Below are positions 1 through 12,990 of a DNA stretch of 64,000 bases, one piece after another. Under the pieces are notes generated by a model that searched no databases, was not told the DNA's origin, and saw nothing but the letters and a program-made list of their open reading frames with translations. Location of the stretch: contig NC_090328.1 in assembly GCF_035084215.1 (NCBI RefSeq), positions 74,958,001-75,022,000 on the forward strand, written 5' to 3'. Position 1 is the stretch's first letter. Each line of letters begins with the position of its first letter. Source of the stretch: Heptranchias perlo. Taxonomy: Eukaryota. Made by a program: the position numbers and the translations under genes.

Positions 1-211
1 ATGACCATAACTGATGCAAACCAACGAGCAAACTTCTGACAAATCTTAAATGTAAAGAAAATACCTTCCATCAACTTAGAATACCTATTGTGCAAGCAGT
101 GAGATGAGAGAAAAATAATTTAAAAATAAAATGGGAAGGAGAGAAAACACAGAAATACTTTAATTAAATGACTTCACCAGTTGAATTTACTTAACCATGT
201 GGTAGGATTAC

Positions 212-412
212 CTGTGTTTCCTTTTTCATCTTCTCTGATATGAATGTCTTTGCTGGTGCTCTGTAACTCCAACAGATCCCTCAGCTCTTCTTTGTACACT
301 TCAATGTAGGATACTTTCACATTAAAGTCTACATTGTGATTTTCAGTGATGTTTTGGAAGATCTCGTGGATGGCACGTGGAATAATGGCTTTCAACTCAT
401 CAGAAAATGAAG
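212..412 (-). CDS. KIF27: KIF27 coding exon 2 (kinesin-4 motor domain); gene continues beyond window start
   Basis: AG acceptor 413-414, GT donor 210-211; 201 bp, phase 1-1; ASFSDELKAIIPRAIHEIFQ...VSYIEVYKEELRDLL...HIREDEKGNT. Confidence 0.93.
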
Positions 413-1581
413 CTTTAGGTCATAAAAAAAAAACCTTGTAAATCTTTTAAATTAGATGCATTGTGCTAGAAATTTATCATTTCCTAATATGTATCACAAT
501 TTAATCAGTAAACCATGTAATCTGGTCTAATCTTCAGTTTTTCTGAACTGTACATAACTTATATGGTGCAGCCACTGTAGTTATGTAGACGAGGGTTAAC
601 ATACTGATGCAATATGTATATAGAGCAGCTGGACATCGTTTACCTTGGGGCTACTGTTTAAAAAATATATACTTTATAGGAGTGATTCCACGCTTGCAGG
701 GTGGGCACCTCAGGAAATTGTGTGTGTGGAGCCTGTGATTTGCCAGAATGGGAAATCATGGGTTGTATGCCTGAAATTTCCTAAACTGTGCTCCCTGCAA
801 GTGCCAAATCACAGCATCATCTTTTATAACCAGGACTTCCATTAACCTCGCATTGCCATCTGTGCAAAAGATTATGGTTTTACAAAATTATCATTGGATT
901 ATAAATTCTGAAATGAAATTCAGACATCAGATCTAATTCTTAATAGAAATCCATTAATTTTTCCCCCTTTACTTTTGTGGTTTATAATGTGCTGGCATTA
1001 GTTTTTACTATTACTGAGGCTTTCAACAATTTTACTATTAACAGCAAATCAAACATCAAAACTCAGGCCATGAACCTCTCTATCCCATCTGGTCCCAGAT
1101 TAGCTGGAGTGATGGATGCTATGGAGAGTCTATTGCATCTGTCCCATACATGCCTTCAAAACAGGATGAGGTTTCAAAATATGTAGCTCCTAGTCTGCTC
1201 AATCCATCCATATTGAAAATGACAACACTGCTATGGTAGCAAGAATGCGATAAGTCTTGAAATTAATTTAAAATAAAACAAATAAACAAAAATACTTAGC
1301 TGGCAAATAGTTACTGACAGAATATTGTCAATTCTACTCCAAATACAGTAAACTATGCTTCAATTGCCTGTAATGACTTAATTTGTTCGTAAAATAAGAA
1401 TGTGTCACACTGCATTCCAAGTAACAGATATTTCTGTTTTTGTTTTGAAAGGTTATTTTATTCCTCTTCCCTTTTCTTGGAACTCCCCATATCTACTACC
1501 ATCCTGGGAGAGAGAGCTAGCCTCCTCCAAACCCTCTACCAAAGGCTCTCCAGAAACAGCCACTACAATTGTGCACAGGAC

Positions 1582-3058
1582 ATGAGAACATATGTAATAG
1601 GAGCAGGAGTAGGCCATATGGCCCCTCAAGCCTGCTCCACCATTCAATAAGATCATGGCTGATCTTCTACTTCAACTCCACTTTACGGCCCTATCCCCAT
1701 ATCCCTTGATTCCCTTAGTGTCCAAATATCCATCGATCTCAGTTTTGAATACTCAACGACTGAGCATCCACAGCCCTCTGGGGTAGAGAATTCCAAAGAT
1801 TCACAACCCTCTGAGTGAAGACATTTCTCCTCATCTCAGTCCTAAATGGCCGACCCCTTATCTTGAGACTATGACCCCTAGTTCTAGACTCTCCAGCCAG
1901 GGGAAACAGCCTCTCAGCATCTACCCTGTCAAGCCCTCTAAAAATTTTATACGTTTCAATGAGATCACCTCTCATTCTTCTAAACGCCAGCGAATATAGG
2001 CCCATTCTACGCAATCTCTCCTCATAGGACAACCCTATCATCCCAGGAATCAGTCTAGTGAACTTTTGTTGCACCCCCTCGAAGGCAAGTATATCCTTCC
2101 TTAGGTAAGGAGACCAAAACTGTACACCGTACTCGGGGTATGGTCTCACCAGAGCCGTATATAAATGCAGCAAGACTTCCTTACTCTTATACTCCAACCC
2201 CCTTGCAACAAAGGCTAACATACCTTCCTAATTGCTTATTGTACCTGCATGTTAACTTTCTGTGATTCGTGCACAAGAACACCCAAATGCCTCTGAATAC
2301 CAACATTTTAGTCTCTCATCTTTTAAAAAATATTCTGCTCTTCTATTCTTCCTACCAAAGTGATAATTTCACATTTCCCCACATTATATTCCATCTGCCA
2401 TCTTCTTGTACTCACTTAATCTGTCTATATCCCTTTGCAGACTCTTTGCGTCCTCTTCACTGCTTACTTTCCCACCTAGCTTTGTATCATCAGCAAACTT
2501 GGATATATTATACTCGGTCTCCTCATCTGAGTCATTAATATAGATTGTAAATAGCTGAGGCCCAAGCACCGATCCTTGCGGCACCCCACTAGTTACAACC
2601 TGCCAACCTGAAAATGATCCATTTATTCCTACTCTGTTTTCTATCCATTAATCAATCCTCAATCCACGATGTTGGTATTCAGAGGCATTTGGGTGTTCTT
2701 GTGCACGAATCACAGAAAGTTAACATGCAGGTACAATAAGCAATTAGGAAGGTATGTTAGCCTATGTTAGCCTTTGTTGCAAGGGGGTTGGAGTAGAAGA
2801 GTAAGGAAGTCTTGCTGCATTTATATACGGCTCTGGTGAGACCATACCCCGAGTACTGTGTACAGTTTTGGCCCCAATCCCATGAGCCCTAATCTTGTAA
2901 CAACCTGTTGTGTGGCACCTTATCGAATGCCTTTTGAAAATCCAAATATACTATATCCACTGGTCCCCCTTATCTACCCTGCTAGTTACACCCTAAAAAA
3001 ACTCTAATAGGTTTGTCAAACATGATTTCACTTTCATAAAAATAGCCCATGGTGACTC
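1582..3058 (-). mobile_element. CR1 LINE, 5'-truncated, degraded, with an internal inverted duplicate
   Basis: RT fragments [14 protein letters not shown] and LRGDLIETYKI-like; CR1 3' tail at about 1582-1660. Confidence 0.9.
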
Positions 3059-3348
3059 ACCCTCCCTCTGAGGAAGCTCTTGGTTGTTGATAGATGCCTG
3101 CCCATAGCTGCACACCAGAGATTGGAAACTTTAGCAGGTGGGAGATTTTGGCACTCAAAACACATTATACTGGGAATGCACCAGGCTGTGCCATCCCCGT
3201 TCAAGACAAGCATTAACATCAGAATGGTGCACTATTAATGTATTGCATTAAGACTTATTAAATAGATATTTCACAGTAGTGTGATTTATCATAGTGAATA
3301 GTAACAGTTACAAAGATTTTTTTTTTATATATATATAAAAAAACTTAC

Positions 3349-3646
3349 CTATATGTCCCCCACCAATTGTGTATGTTTTTCCAGATCCTGTCTGTCCATA
3401 AGCAAACACAGTGGTATTATAACCTTCAATTGCTGATATCACTAAAGGTTTTACGCAGGCAGAATATACATCTTCTTGTGATGATTTTTGTCCAAATACA
3501 AAGTCAAATGTAAAAGCACGATCTTTCCCAATCACAACCTGCTGCGTGTTGGGAACAACTCGAACACAAACTTGATGGTTGTGGAGGATTTCTTTTGGAA
3601 GCAGAGGTCGAATCCGTACAGCAACTTTGACTGCAATCTCTTCCAT
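3349..3646 (-). CDS. KIF27: KIF27 first coding exon (exon starts about 3742 including 5'UTR)
   Basis: ATG 3646; MEEIAVKVAVRIRPLLPKE...AYGQTGSGKTYT P-loop; GTAAG donor 3344-3348; 298 bp; synteny with QNG1/HNRNPK/RMI1 favours KIF27 over KIF7. Confidence 0.93.
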
Positions 3647-3829
3647 ATTAACAAATTAAAAAGCTTTGTGCATAAAATTATTCTTTTACTTTTGTGCGTC
3701 CATTTTGAAGATTATCTTTTTTCCATGTTCCACTGTTTGTCACTTAAAGGAAAAAAAGTTAGCATTTCAATTTTATGAATTTATGATAAAACTGTTCACT
3801 CTTCTATGAAGGAAAAGGAAGATCACATT

Positions 3830-5050
3830 GACAAACCCGATAAAGCTCTTTGAGGAGGCAACAAATATGGTGGATGTGGGAAATACGGTGGATTTGGTGT
3901 AAATGGACTTACAGAAAGCCTTTGACAAGGTACCACATAGGAGACTATTGGAGATGATTAAGGGGTCTAGAATTAGGGGAGGGGAGCCAAATTGGAAGTA
4001 AAAACTGGTTAGGAGGGAGGAAACAGAAAGTAGGAGTTAATTGCAGTTTCTTAGAGTGGCTGGAAGTGAGTAGTGGTATCACACGAGGTTCTGTTCTGGG
4101 ACCATGTCTACTCACTACTTATATTAATGATTTGAATATAGGGAGTGGTGTCCAAATTTGCAGATACTAAAATAAGAAGTATAGTAAATAATTCTGAGGG
4201 CCAGAGGAAGCTACATGGGGATATTGATAAGACAGCAGAATGGGAAAAGAAGTGCAGATGGAATTCAATGCCACTAAGTGTGAGGTGCTACATTTTGATT
4301 AATGAAAAGTAATAATTATTCTTTGTTGGATGACATGGAAGAGTAAAGGATTTGGGGTTCAGGTTTACAAGACAATAACAACATCGCCTCAAGTAGTTAA
4401 AGCCATAAAAATTCTAATGGAATACCGAGGCAAGTGATATAGAATATAAAAGTTGATATGCAATAGTGAAGCTACATAAAACCTTAGCAAGACCACAGTT
4501 GGAGTACTGTGTGCAGTTTTGGGCTCTAAATTATAGAAAGAATGTTGAGGCAATAGAGAGAGATAGCGTATATTCTCTAGGATGCTGCCTGAAATGAGGA
4601 AAAACAAATATGAAGAAAAAACTTGAAAAATTGAGGCTGTTTGTATTACTACAAAGATTATGGGGTGATTTTATAGAGGTGTTTAAAATTATGAAGGGAT
4701 GGGACAGGGTAGATAGAATCGGAGCATTTCTGGTGGTTGATGGGGTCTAGGACGAGGGGACATGGACCAAAGATTAACTGTAAGCAATTTAGGAGGACAA
4801 AGAGCAGAAGAATTTTTTTTTTTTTTTTACACACACACAGGGTTGTGAGGCTGTAGAATGCACTACTGAGTGATTGAAGCAGGCCATGTCAACAATTAAG
4901 AATAGGTTAGATGGGTGGTTGAAAGAAAAGAGAATAAAGGGGTATAGAATAGGCACATGTGGAAGATTACTGCTCATACCAGATAAACACCAACAAGGAC
5001 TGGTTAGGCCAAATGGCCTGTTGCTATATTGTAATTTCTATATAATTCAA
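3830..5050 (+). mobile_element. Old degraded CR1 LINE
   Basis: Frameshifted DLQKAFDKVPH, GSVLGP and LEYCVQFW coding remnants; CR1-like tail near 5000-5050. Confidence 0.75.
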
Positions 5051-5949
5051 TGTGTTTCCAGATGGTTACTGTACACTATTTGTTTGGTTACCACGAGTCA
5101 CATACAACTGCAAGCCATGTGGAGGTTTCTCCAAACAAACTTAAAATAAGCAGGTTAATGCGTCCATTAAATTAATTAGTGGACAACAAAATTTCAAATG
5201 AATGCATTAAGCATTTGTACACTAATACTGCACAACATAATTTTAAAGCTATTATATTAATAAAGGCTTAAAGTGCATAGCGATCATTGGGTCCTGAGAG
5301 CTGACCAAACTAACTGATGCTATTGAACAGGGTCTGTCTATGTCTCCATACTCTGACGCCAATTTCATTGTCAAATGCACTTTTCCCCACTTATAATTTA
5401 GGAGGTTTTTGCAGCAGATGGGTCTTACTACTTGGAAAAAAAATCCCACTAGAAAATTTAGCAATTTTATTCATGCCACAGAAAAACTTTAAAAAGTAGT
5501 TTTACATATTATGACTGGAGCGGAGATTTACTAGAACGGTACCAGGGATGAGGAGGCAGAAAACAGAACCATAATTTGTGGATTGACCCGAGAATCTGGT
5601 TACACACTCTGAAATAGAAGTGTAGCTGCCCAGCCAGTGTACGGTCAAGAAACCAAAGCCATAAGAGAATGATATAAGAGACTGTGCCCAGTAATCAGGG
5701 TCCTACAGCAGTTGCCACATGACGAGAAATAAAGACAGGTTCCCCCAGTGCGGGGTGAGTTGCCTTTTAACTGACAATAAGCAGCGTCACCTCTACAAAT
5801 ACAGACAGCGTATAAAGTATAGAAATTATATACAGAACTGTAAAACCCGGTTGCTCTGCAGGCCAACACTGGGCCCTGGGATTTAAATGTGTTAAAAAAT
5901 AAAAACTGGAAGAGCTGATGGCAAGGAGCTGGTCCAAGTACATGCGATA

Positions 5950-7170
5950 ATTAATGGAGAGGGTTGATGAGGTTAGTGCGGTTGATGTGTATATGGACTT
6001 TCAAAAGGCATTTGATAAAGAACCACATAATAGACTTGTAAGCAAAATTAAAGCCCATGGGATTAAAGGGACAGTGGCAGCGTGGATACAAAACTTGCTA
6101 AGGGACAGAAAGGAGAGAATAATGGTAAACGGTTGTTTTTCATACTGGAGGGAAGCATACAGTGATGTTCCTCAAGGGTATGTATTAGGACCATCGCTCT
6201 TTTTATATATATATTAAAGACCTGGACTTGGGTATACAGGGTATCATTTCAAAGCTTGCAGATGACACGAAACTCGGGGATGTAGTAAACAATGTGGAGG
6301 ATAGCAACAGACTTCAGGAGGACAGACAGACTGGTGGAATAGGCAGTCACATGGCAGATGAAATTTAACGTAGAGATGTGTGAAGTGATACATTTTGGTA
6401 GGTAGGAAGAATGAGGAGAGGCAATATAAACTAAATGGTACCATTTTAAAGGGGCACAGGAAGAGAGAGACCTGTGGATGTATGTACACAAACCTTTGAA
6501 GGTGGCAAGAAAAGTTGAGAAGGCTGTTAAAAAAAGCATATGTATCCTGGACTTTATTAATAGAGACAAAGAGCAAAAGCAAAGAAGTTATGCTAGACCT
6601 TTATAACACACTAGTTAGGCCTCAACTGGAGTATTGTGTACAATTCTGGGCAATACACTTTAGGAAGGATGTCAAGGCCTTACAGATGGTGCAAAAGAGA
6701 TTTACTAGAATGGTACCAGGGATGAGGGACTTCAGTTATGTGGAGAGACCGGAAAAGCTGGGGTTGTTCTCCATAGAGCAGTGAAGATTAAGAGGAGATT
6801 TGATAGAGGTGTTCAAAATCATGAATGGTTTTGATAGAGTAAATAAGGAGAAATTGTTTCCAGTGACAGAAGGATCGGTAACCAGAGGGCACAGATTTAA
6901 GGTGATTGGCAAAAGAACCAGAGGCAACCCGAGGAAACATTTTTTTTAATGCAGAGAGTTGTTATGATCTGGAATGCACTGCCTGAAAGGGTGGTGGAAG
7001 CAGATTCAATAATAACTTTCAAAAGGGAATTAGATAAATACTTGAAGGGAAAAAATTTACAGAGCTGTAGGGAAAGAGCAGGGTGTGGGATTAATTGCAT
7101 AGCTCTTTGAAAGAGCCGGCACAAGCATGATGGGCCGAATGTAACATACTATGTGCTGTAGCATACTATG
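5950..7170 (+). mobile_element. CR1 LINE 3' fragment
   Basis: YMDFQKAFDK, VRPQLEYCVQFW; tail atgggccgaat...ctatg. Confidence 0.88.
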
Positions 7171-8617
7171 AATTACAAGTCAATCTTGGTTTTTCCAGTT
7201 TTCAGTGATTAAAAATCATTTTGACATTTAAACCACCTTCTGACTTTACCTGTAACTCAGAATAAAAACACAAAATGCTGGAAATCTATTCAGCCACTTC
7301 TCTCACCTTGGAAAAGGAGACTGGCACTCGAGTCAGTGAGTCATTGTATAACAGGAGTTTTCTGGTTAAAATAAAATTAAAACAGAAATTGTTTATTGTT
7401 TTTCCTGAATGACCGCAGGTGTATTTTTAAAGTTAAAATACAAAGTAAAAAAAAACTACTTTTACTTTATTTAGGCACTCAACATTAACATTTTCAAATG
7501 ATGTGCTGAGTTTCTGTATTTACAAATGGATTGTAGTTCTGGATGGATAAATATATTTTTTTTATTCTCAATTTCACATTTGTTATAACCTGAAGTAGGC
7601 TGCATCTCAAAGGGGTATAATTCTAGGCTAGGTGGCTCACGTGGAGAAATACACCAGCACAGAACAATAGACAATAATGCTGTAACATTTCACGATTCTA
7701 CGAGTGCTCTTGGATAAAAGATTTTTTTTGAAAAGGGAGATTTGTTGATATTGTTGCAACCTTGTATACATAGTCAAGTATATGAAATTCCTTAGCTTTT
7801 CTCTAACTTGACAGGTGGCTGGATGATTGACAGCTGCATTAATTTTTATTTTGGCCAGCTAGGTGTCTGATATGTATGTCTAGCAATCCAATCACGGTAG
7901 GCACCGAGTCCTGGATATCTACGCCCGTGTTCTGCAAGTAGCAGCTGTCATCCTCCTAACTCTGAGCGTTTCTGTGGCTATATGTGGTTAGTTAATTGTG
8001 TCTGATGACGCTCCTGTGAAACGCCTTGGGACGTTTTGCTACGTTAAAGGCGCTATATAAATGCAAGTCGTTGTTAATATTACTGCAGAGTAAATAGTAC
8101 AAATCACCTCTGATTTGTTACCAACTGACCTGTAATGACAAACGCTACAGTTGGGCTTCCAAACCAAAACGACAGGTGCACAATACAACGCGAATAATGT
8201 AACCAAGGCTATTGATACATGAAGAGAAAAATCCCGTCCAAAACAAACCGAAACGTTTCAGCCACGACCACCAGTCCTAAATCATCGATACAGCCTCCAG
8301 GTCAACAATGGAGAAACAGAAAACTTCCAGCAGCCAGTTAGACTGGTAACTAGAGAGAGTAACTAAGGTGTACTTTCCTTTAATCACTGACCCGAGGCTC
8401 TACCCTGAGGGCTACAGACACTCAGACAGCAGCTTCTGCCGCCCCGCTGTCCACAGACAGCCGCAACGAAACGCTGCTGGTCCCGCCGGGCTCTTTCTTT
8501 GCCTCAATGCCGCTTCCACTTTTGGCGAAGTCTCCTCTTTTCTTCCTTCACTCTCCCTCTGTCTCTTCTGCTGCTTTATTTTATTTATTCCCTATCTGTT
8601 GCTTCTCTTTAACTTAC

Positions 8618-8770
8618 CTTCCGCTCCGCTTATCTAACGCGATACCTGCACATTTATTGAGGATGGAGGGGACCATTCAGTTGCGAAGTGGACAGCTTGC
8701 TCTTACTGTATGTTTATTATTGTGTCCTAGCAACATCACTTCCGGCTCAGCTCGTCTCCACAAAGATGGC
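8618..8770 (-). other. KIF27: Putative non-coding exon 1 of KIF27
   Basis: Strong donor AAG|GTAAGT at 8618/8617 beside the CpG island; the 5' end is a guess. Confidence 0.5.
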
Positions 8771-9350
8771 GTGGCTGGGGAATTGGTGCGCACGCGCCGA
8801 CCGCACAGTCCGGGCCATTGTCGACCGGCGGGATCTCGCGCGGTCGATTGTGGCCAACTGTGGACGCGCGAGCCGGCGGCATTGCGCGCGTCTCCTCGGC
8901 AAATCAGCTCGCAGGAGATGGAAGTGAGAATACGGATTGGTTCAAAGGGGGTTGGACGCGCTCGCGCCCCGCGCAAACCCACAGTGACGAGTGTTGTCCG
9001 GAGGCTCGCCGTGTCCAGTCCGTGTCGCGAGTGTTGTCCGGAGGCTCGCCGTGTCCAGTCCGTGTCGCGAGTGTTGTCCGGAGGCTCGCCGTGTCCAGTC
9101 CGTGTCGCGAGTGTTGTCCGGAGGCTCGCCGTGTCCAGTCCGTGTCGCGAGTGTTGTCCGGAGGCTCGCCGTGTCCAGTCCGTGTCGCGAGTGTTGTCCG
9201 GAGGCTCGCCGTGTCCAGTCCGTGTCGCGAGTGTTGGGCGGCTGTTGAGGTCCCCGGGGAGTTGGACTGAGCAGGTTGTAAAATGCAGGGACTTTCCCGG
9301 CCGCAGCAAGTTGAGCTGTGAACCGTCGGCGTGTTTAGTGCAGTCGGTAG
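8700..9350. promoter_or_regulatory. CpG island; probable bidirectional KIF27/QNG1 promoter
   Basis: High CpG density; X-box-like GTGTCCTAGCAAC 8722-8734, ETS CACTTCCGG about 8737, YY1 AAGATGGCG about 8763, NRF1-like TGCGCACGCG about 8788, inverted CCAAT about 8935. Confidence 0.75.
8988..9236. repeat. Perfect 40-bp minisatellite, 6.2 copies
   Basis: Unit CGAGTGTTGTCCGGAGGCTCGCCGTGTCCAGTCCGTGTCG starts at 8988, 9028, 9068, 9108, 9148, 9188, partial at 9228. Confidence 0.97.
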
Positions 9351-9736
9351 GAGAGGCTGGGCCCTGCAATACAACGGGTGTTTTTCCAGTCTAGTCATGT
9401 ATCCTGCACTCTGGTGTGAACAAAAGTTTAGCTTAAAGCAGATACGACTGCAGTGTCAGTTTTCCCTGATAGCCAACATGATGGGGCAGCAGTGCAATTT
9501 GAAGTTCTAGGGACTGAGACTGCCGACTAAAAGCACTTTAACATAATAGGATACATCTTATTTTAAATATCAAAATACCAAATTATTAATTGTTATGCCA
9601 ATTTGGGTATGCAGATATGAACTTCTGAATTCTTAGAATCTGATGCTGCTGTACTTATTTGGGGTATGGTAAAGTTCTGTTCAGTTTTCAACTTATTCTT
9701 TATTTTCCCCTCAAGATTGAAAAAAAGGAAAAAGAA

Positions 9737-10073
9737 ATGGATGCACGACTGCTACCAAAGGAAGCTGGAAAATTTATAACAGAGAACAGTAAAGATGTCT
9801 TTATTTTAGAAGAAGGAGTGAGAAAGGTTGCCGAAATGCTGTTTGAAAAGAGAAATTCGAAGGAACTTGATGCAACGGGATGGAAGTTGCTCCATGACCT
9901 GAACCCACAAACAATGAGCAAGGAGTCTGTCAACTGGGTATTTGTTACAGACACCCTCAATTTTTCCTTTTGGTCTGAAAATGATGATCACAAGTGTTTG
10001 ATTAAGTACAAAGGCAAAATGCATAGTGGCTTTTGGTCACTTTGTGCTGCTATTAACAGGGCTTTAGATGAAG
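9737..10073 (+). CDS. QNG1: QNG1 (C9orf64, queuosine-5'-phosphate N-glycosylase) coding exon 1
   Basis: Acceptor at 9715, ATG 9737; LHDLNP...[14 protein letters not shown]...[12 protein letters not shown]; donor G|GTTAGT. Confidence 0.93.
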
Positions 10074-10231
10074 GTTAGTTTCCAGTGGATTTTTTTTTTA
10101 CCTCTGTTACAGGTTTTGAAAATTCCACTTTCTTCTAGGTGTGGTTCTGCAGCAATTGGTCTTAAAATCCAGTTGGAGAAATGAAAAATGTACAGTTAAT
10201 TAATTTTCCTGTAATTCATTGCCAAAAGTAA

Positions 10232-10445
10232 TTAAAGAAAACTTGCATTTATATAGTGCCTTTCAGGACGTCCTAAAGCACTTTACACTCAATGAAATAC
10301 TTTTGCATTGTAGACTCTTCGTAACAGGAAACACAGCTGCCAATTTGTGCACTGCAAGGCCCCACGAATATCAATGTGATAATGACCAGATAATCTGTTT
10401 GTGATGTTGGTTGAGGGATAAATTTTGGCAAGGACACTGGGGGAA
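10232..10445 (-). mobile_element. DeuSINE-like (SacSINE1-type) SINE fragment
   Basis: L2-type tail aacttgcatttatatag plus recalled Deu-domain-like gctgccaatttgtgcac...gataatgaccagataatctg; related pieces at about 46790-47075 and 63130-63232. Confidence 0.6.
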
Positions 10446-10876
10446 CATTCAATAATGGTTACAAAGCCAATATTCTTTCAGACCAACAACATGAAGCATC
10501 TTTAACATGAGTAAGAAATACAACTTTTTTGGGTCTTTTCTTTCTACTCCTGAATATGGTGACTTTAACTGAAGTATGGTTTCATGGGTACCAGCAGTGC
10601 TCTAGCTGTGTGAGCCTAGTCAGTGAGTGTTAGTCGGCTATTTTATTAGAGGTGGGGGGCGGGGGGGTTAATAAGGGGATAGAGAAAACATAATCATTAA
10701 GATGGATCAAATTTTCACAGACACATTTTCCACCACAAACCCTGGCTGATTTTCCCTCCCGCCCCCAATCTAGGGACGCTGAGGCCAATTGTAATGCCTT
10801 ACTGCTGGTCTAGCAATATCAGTTATCACAGACCAGGTTTAATCTTGGAGCTTCCTGGTCTTTGTGGCTTAGTACT

Positions 10877-11570
10877 GAACATAAGAAATAGGACTAGGCC
10901 ATAAGGCCCCTTGAGCCTGCTCTGCCATTCAGTAAGATCATGACTGATCTTCTACCTCAACTCCACTTTCCCAGCCTATCCCCATATTCCTTGATTCCCT
11001 TAGTGTCCAAAAAACGTATCAATCTCAGTCTTAAATATACTCAGTGACTGAGCATCCACAGCCTCTGTGGTAGATAATTCCAACGATTCACAACCCTCTG
11101 CATGAAGAAATTGCTCCTCATCTTGGTCCTAAACAGCCAACCCCTTATCTTGAGACTATGACTCCTAGTTCTAGACACTCTAGCCAGGAGAAACAGCCTC
11201 TCAGCATCTGTCCTGTCAAGCCCTCTAAGAATTTTATACGTTTCAATGAGATCACCTCTCGTACTTCTTAAACTCCAGAGAGTATAGGCCCATTCTACTC
11301 AATCTCTCTTCATAGGACAACCCTCTCATCCCAGGAATCAATCTAGTGAACCTTCGTTGCACCTCCTCTTAGGCGAGTATATCCTTCCTTGGGTAAGGAG
11401 ACCAAAATTGTACACTGTACTCCAGGTGTGGTCTCACCAGAGCCCTATATAATTGTAGTAAGACCTCCTTACTCTTATACTCCCAACCCCCTTGCAATAA
11501 AGGCTAACACACCATCAGCCTTCCTAATTGCTTACTGTACCTGCGTGTTAACTTTGTGATTCGTGTACAA
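10877..11570 (-). mobile_element. CR1 LINE 3' fragment
   Basis: Closely similar to 1582-2280. Confidence 0.88.
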
Positions 11571-11671
11571 TGCATTGTCCATTTAGCTAACATAATCAGA
11601 TCTAGAGTTTTTCTCAGTAGCAGGAGAAGTAATTATATTAATATTCTTTGGTATTACTTCTTCCTATTAAG

Positions 11672-11931
11672 ACATTCCAATCACCAGTGCATCATATTTC
11701 GCTAACATAACCCTGGATCAGCTGAAACTTGTGCTGCGTTCGGACACTGATGTTCCAATGCCGCTGATTGAAGAACGTCTCAAAGTGCTTAAGGAGGCTG
11801 GCAACATTTTGCTGGAGAAATTTGATGGTTCATTCCTTAACTGCATTAAGAAGAGCGAGAATAGTGCCCAGAAGCTGCTACAGCTTGTGGTGGAAAATTT
11901 TCCTTCATATAGGGATGAAACTACATTTCAG
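11672..11931 (+). CDS. QNG1: QNG1 coding exon 2
   Basis: 260 bp AG/GT; IPITSASYF...[14 protein letters not shown]...[12 protein letters not shown]. Confidence 0.93.
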
Positions 11932-12169
11932 GTGAGTGTTGTGGTTAAGCCACCTTTTTTTGGGGGGGGAATTTACTATGTTTGGAATTGCTTGAGATTT
12001 TGTTTGTAGGAAACCTTTCCACTATGCTCATGGTGATGCTTGCATGTAACAACTGGAGGAATTCTTTCCTGCAGTTTCATTCTTTGTTGCTGAGCACAAG
12101 GACTGCATTTAAAAAAAAATTCTCAGATAACTTCTAATGAGGAAGGCTATTAATTCCATTCAACTCATC

Positions 12170-12990
12170 GTTCTGTAGAAACATATGAAGCCCTGTAATA
12201 GCATCTAACTGTTAAATGATTTCAGTTTTTGCCTCCATGATCCTATCCAGAAGACCATTCCAGGTATTGATTACTCTTTGCGTTAAGTGATGCTTCCTGA
12301 TGTAAGTAGTTAACTTGCCTTTTTAGTCATGGTTTAATATAAAATAGTGCTCTGGATTTAACTTTCTGCTCAGCATAGCTCTCTCTCATTTACCTCCTTT
12401 CGAAGCTGAAAAATCTAAATTTTTCTAGCTTATGCTCATAACTCAACTGTCTACCAGTAGGGATCAGTTTTGTGGCCCATCTCTGCTTGGATGCTTTCCT
12501 TGTGTCTTCACAGCCAGAATTGAACACTGTATTCAAAGTCTGGCCTGGTGAGAGCACGGTACAGTTTCAGCATAATGGCATCAGATGTGTACTCTATTGA
12601 TTTAGCAATATTGTTTAGCATTCTATTAGTTTTATTTGTTGCTCCACAGTGACCGGGCATGCTCGGTGCTAAGTCTGTTGTAACTCCCCAATCCCTTTCA
12701 GCTTCTCCTTAGCTCTTCAGCAATAATGCATTGGTTAAGTGTGTGTCTCATTCATTCTTCCTGTATGTAATACCTTTCAGTTGTCCACATTAAATTTCAT
12801 CTATCATCTTTGTATTTCTTTAGTTTTTGGTTGCTTTGTCATACTCTGCTACTCTCCCTACCTTGGTATCATTTATGAATTTGACCAAACTATATTTTGT
12901 CTCTGAATCCAGATTGTTTATGTATATTGGGGACAGCGGCAATGGCAATACCAATCCCTGGGGTGCTCCACTTTCTCCAGTCTGAATCAC
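12170..12990 (-). mobile_element. Ancient CR1-like fragment
   Basis: Degenerate similarity to the CR1 3' region. Confidence 0.5.

Noticed and set aside
8988-9236. CRISPR-like array
   Set aside because: Head-to-tail identical units with no spacers, no cas genes, eukaryotic context
8507-9398. Long overlapping ORFs (295, 230, 164 and 150 aa)
   Set aside because: Products of a stop-free, GC-rich 40-bp repeat in a CpG island; open in many frames with no recognisable domain
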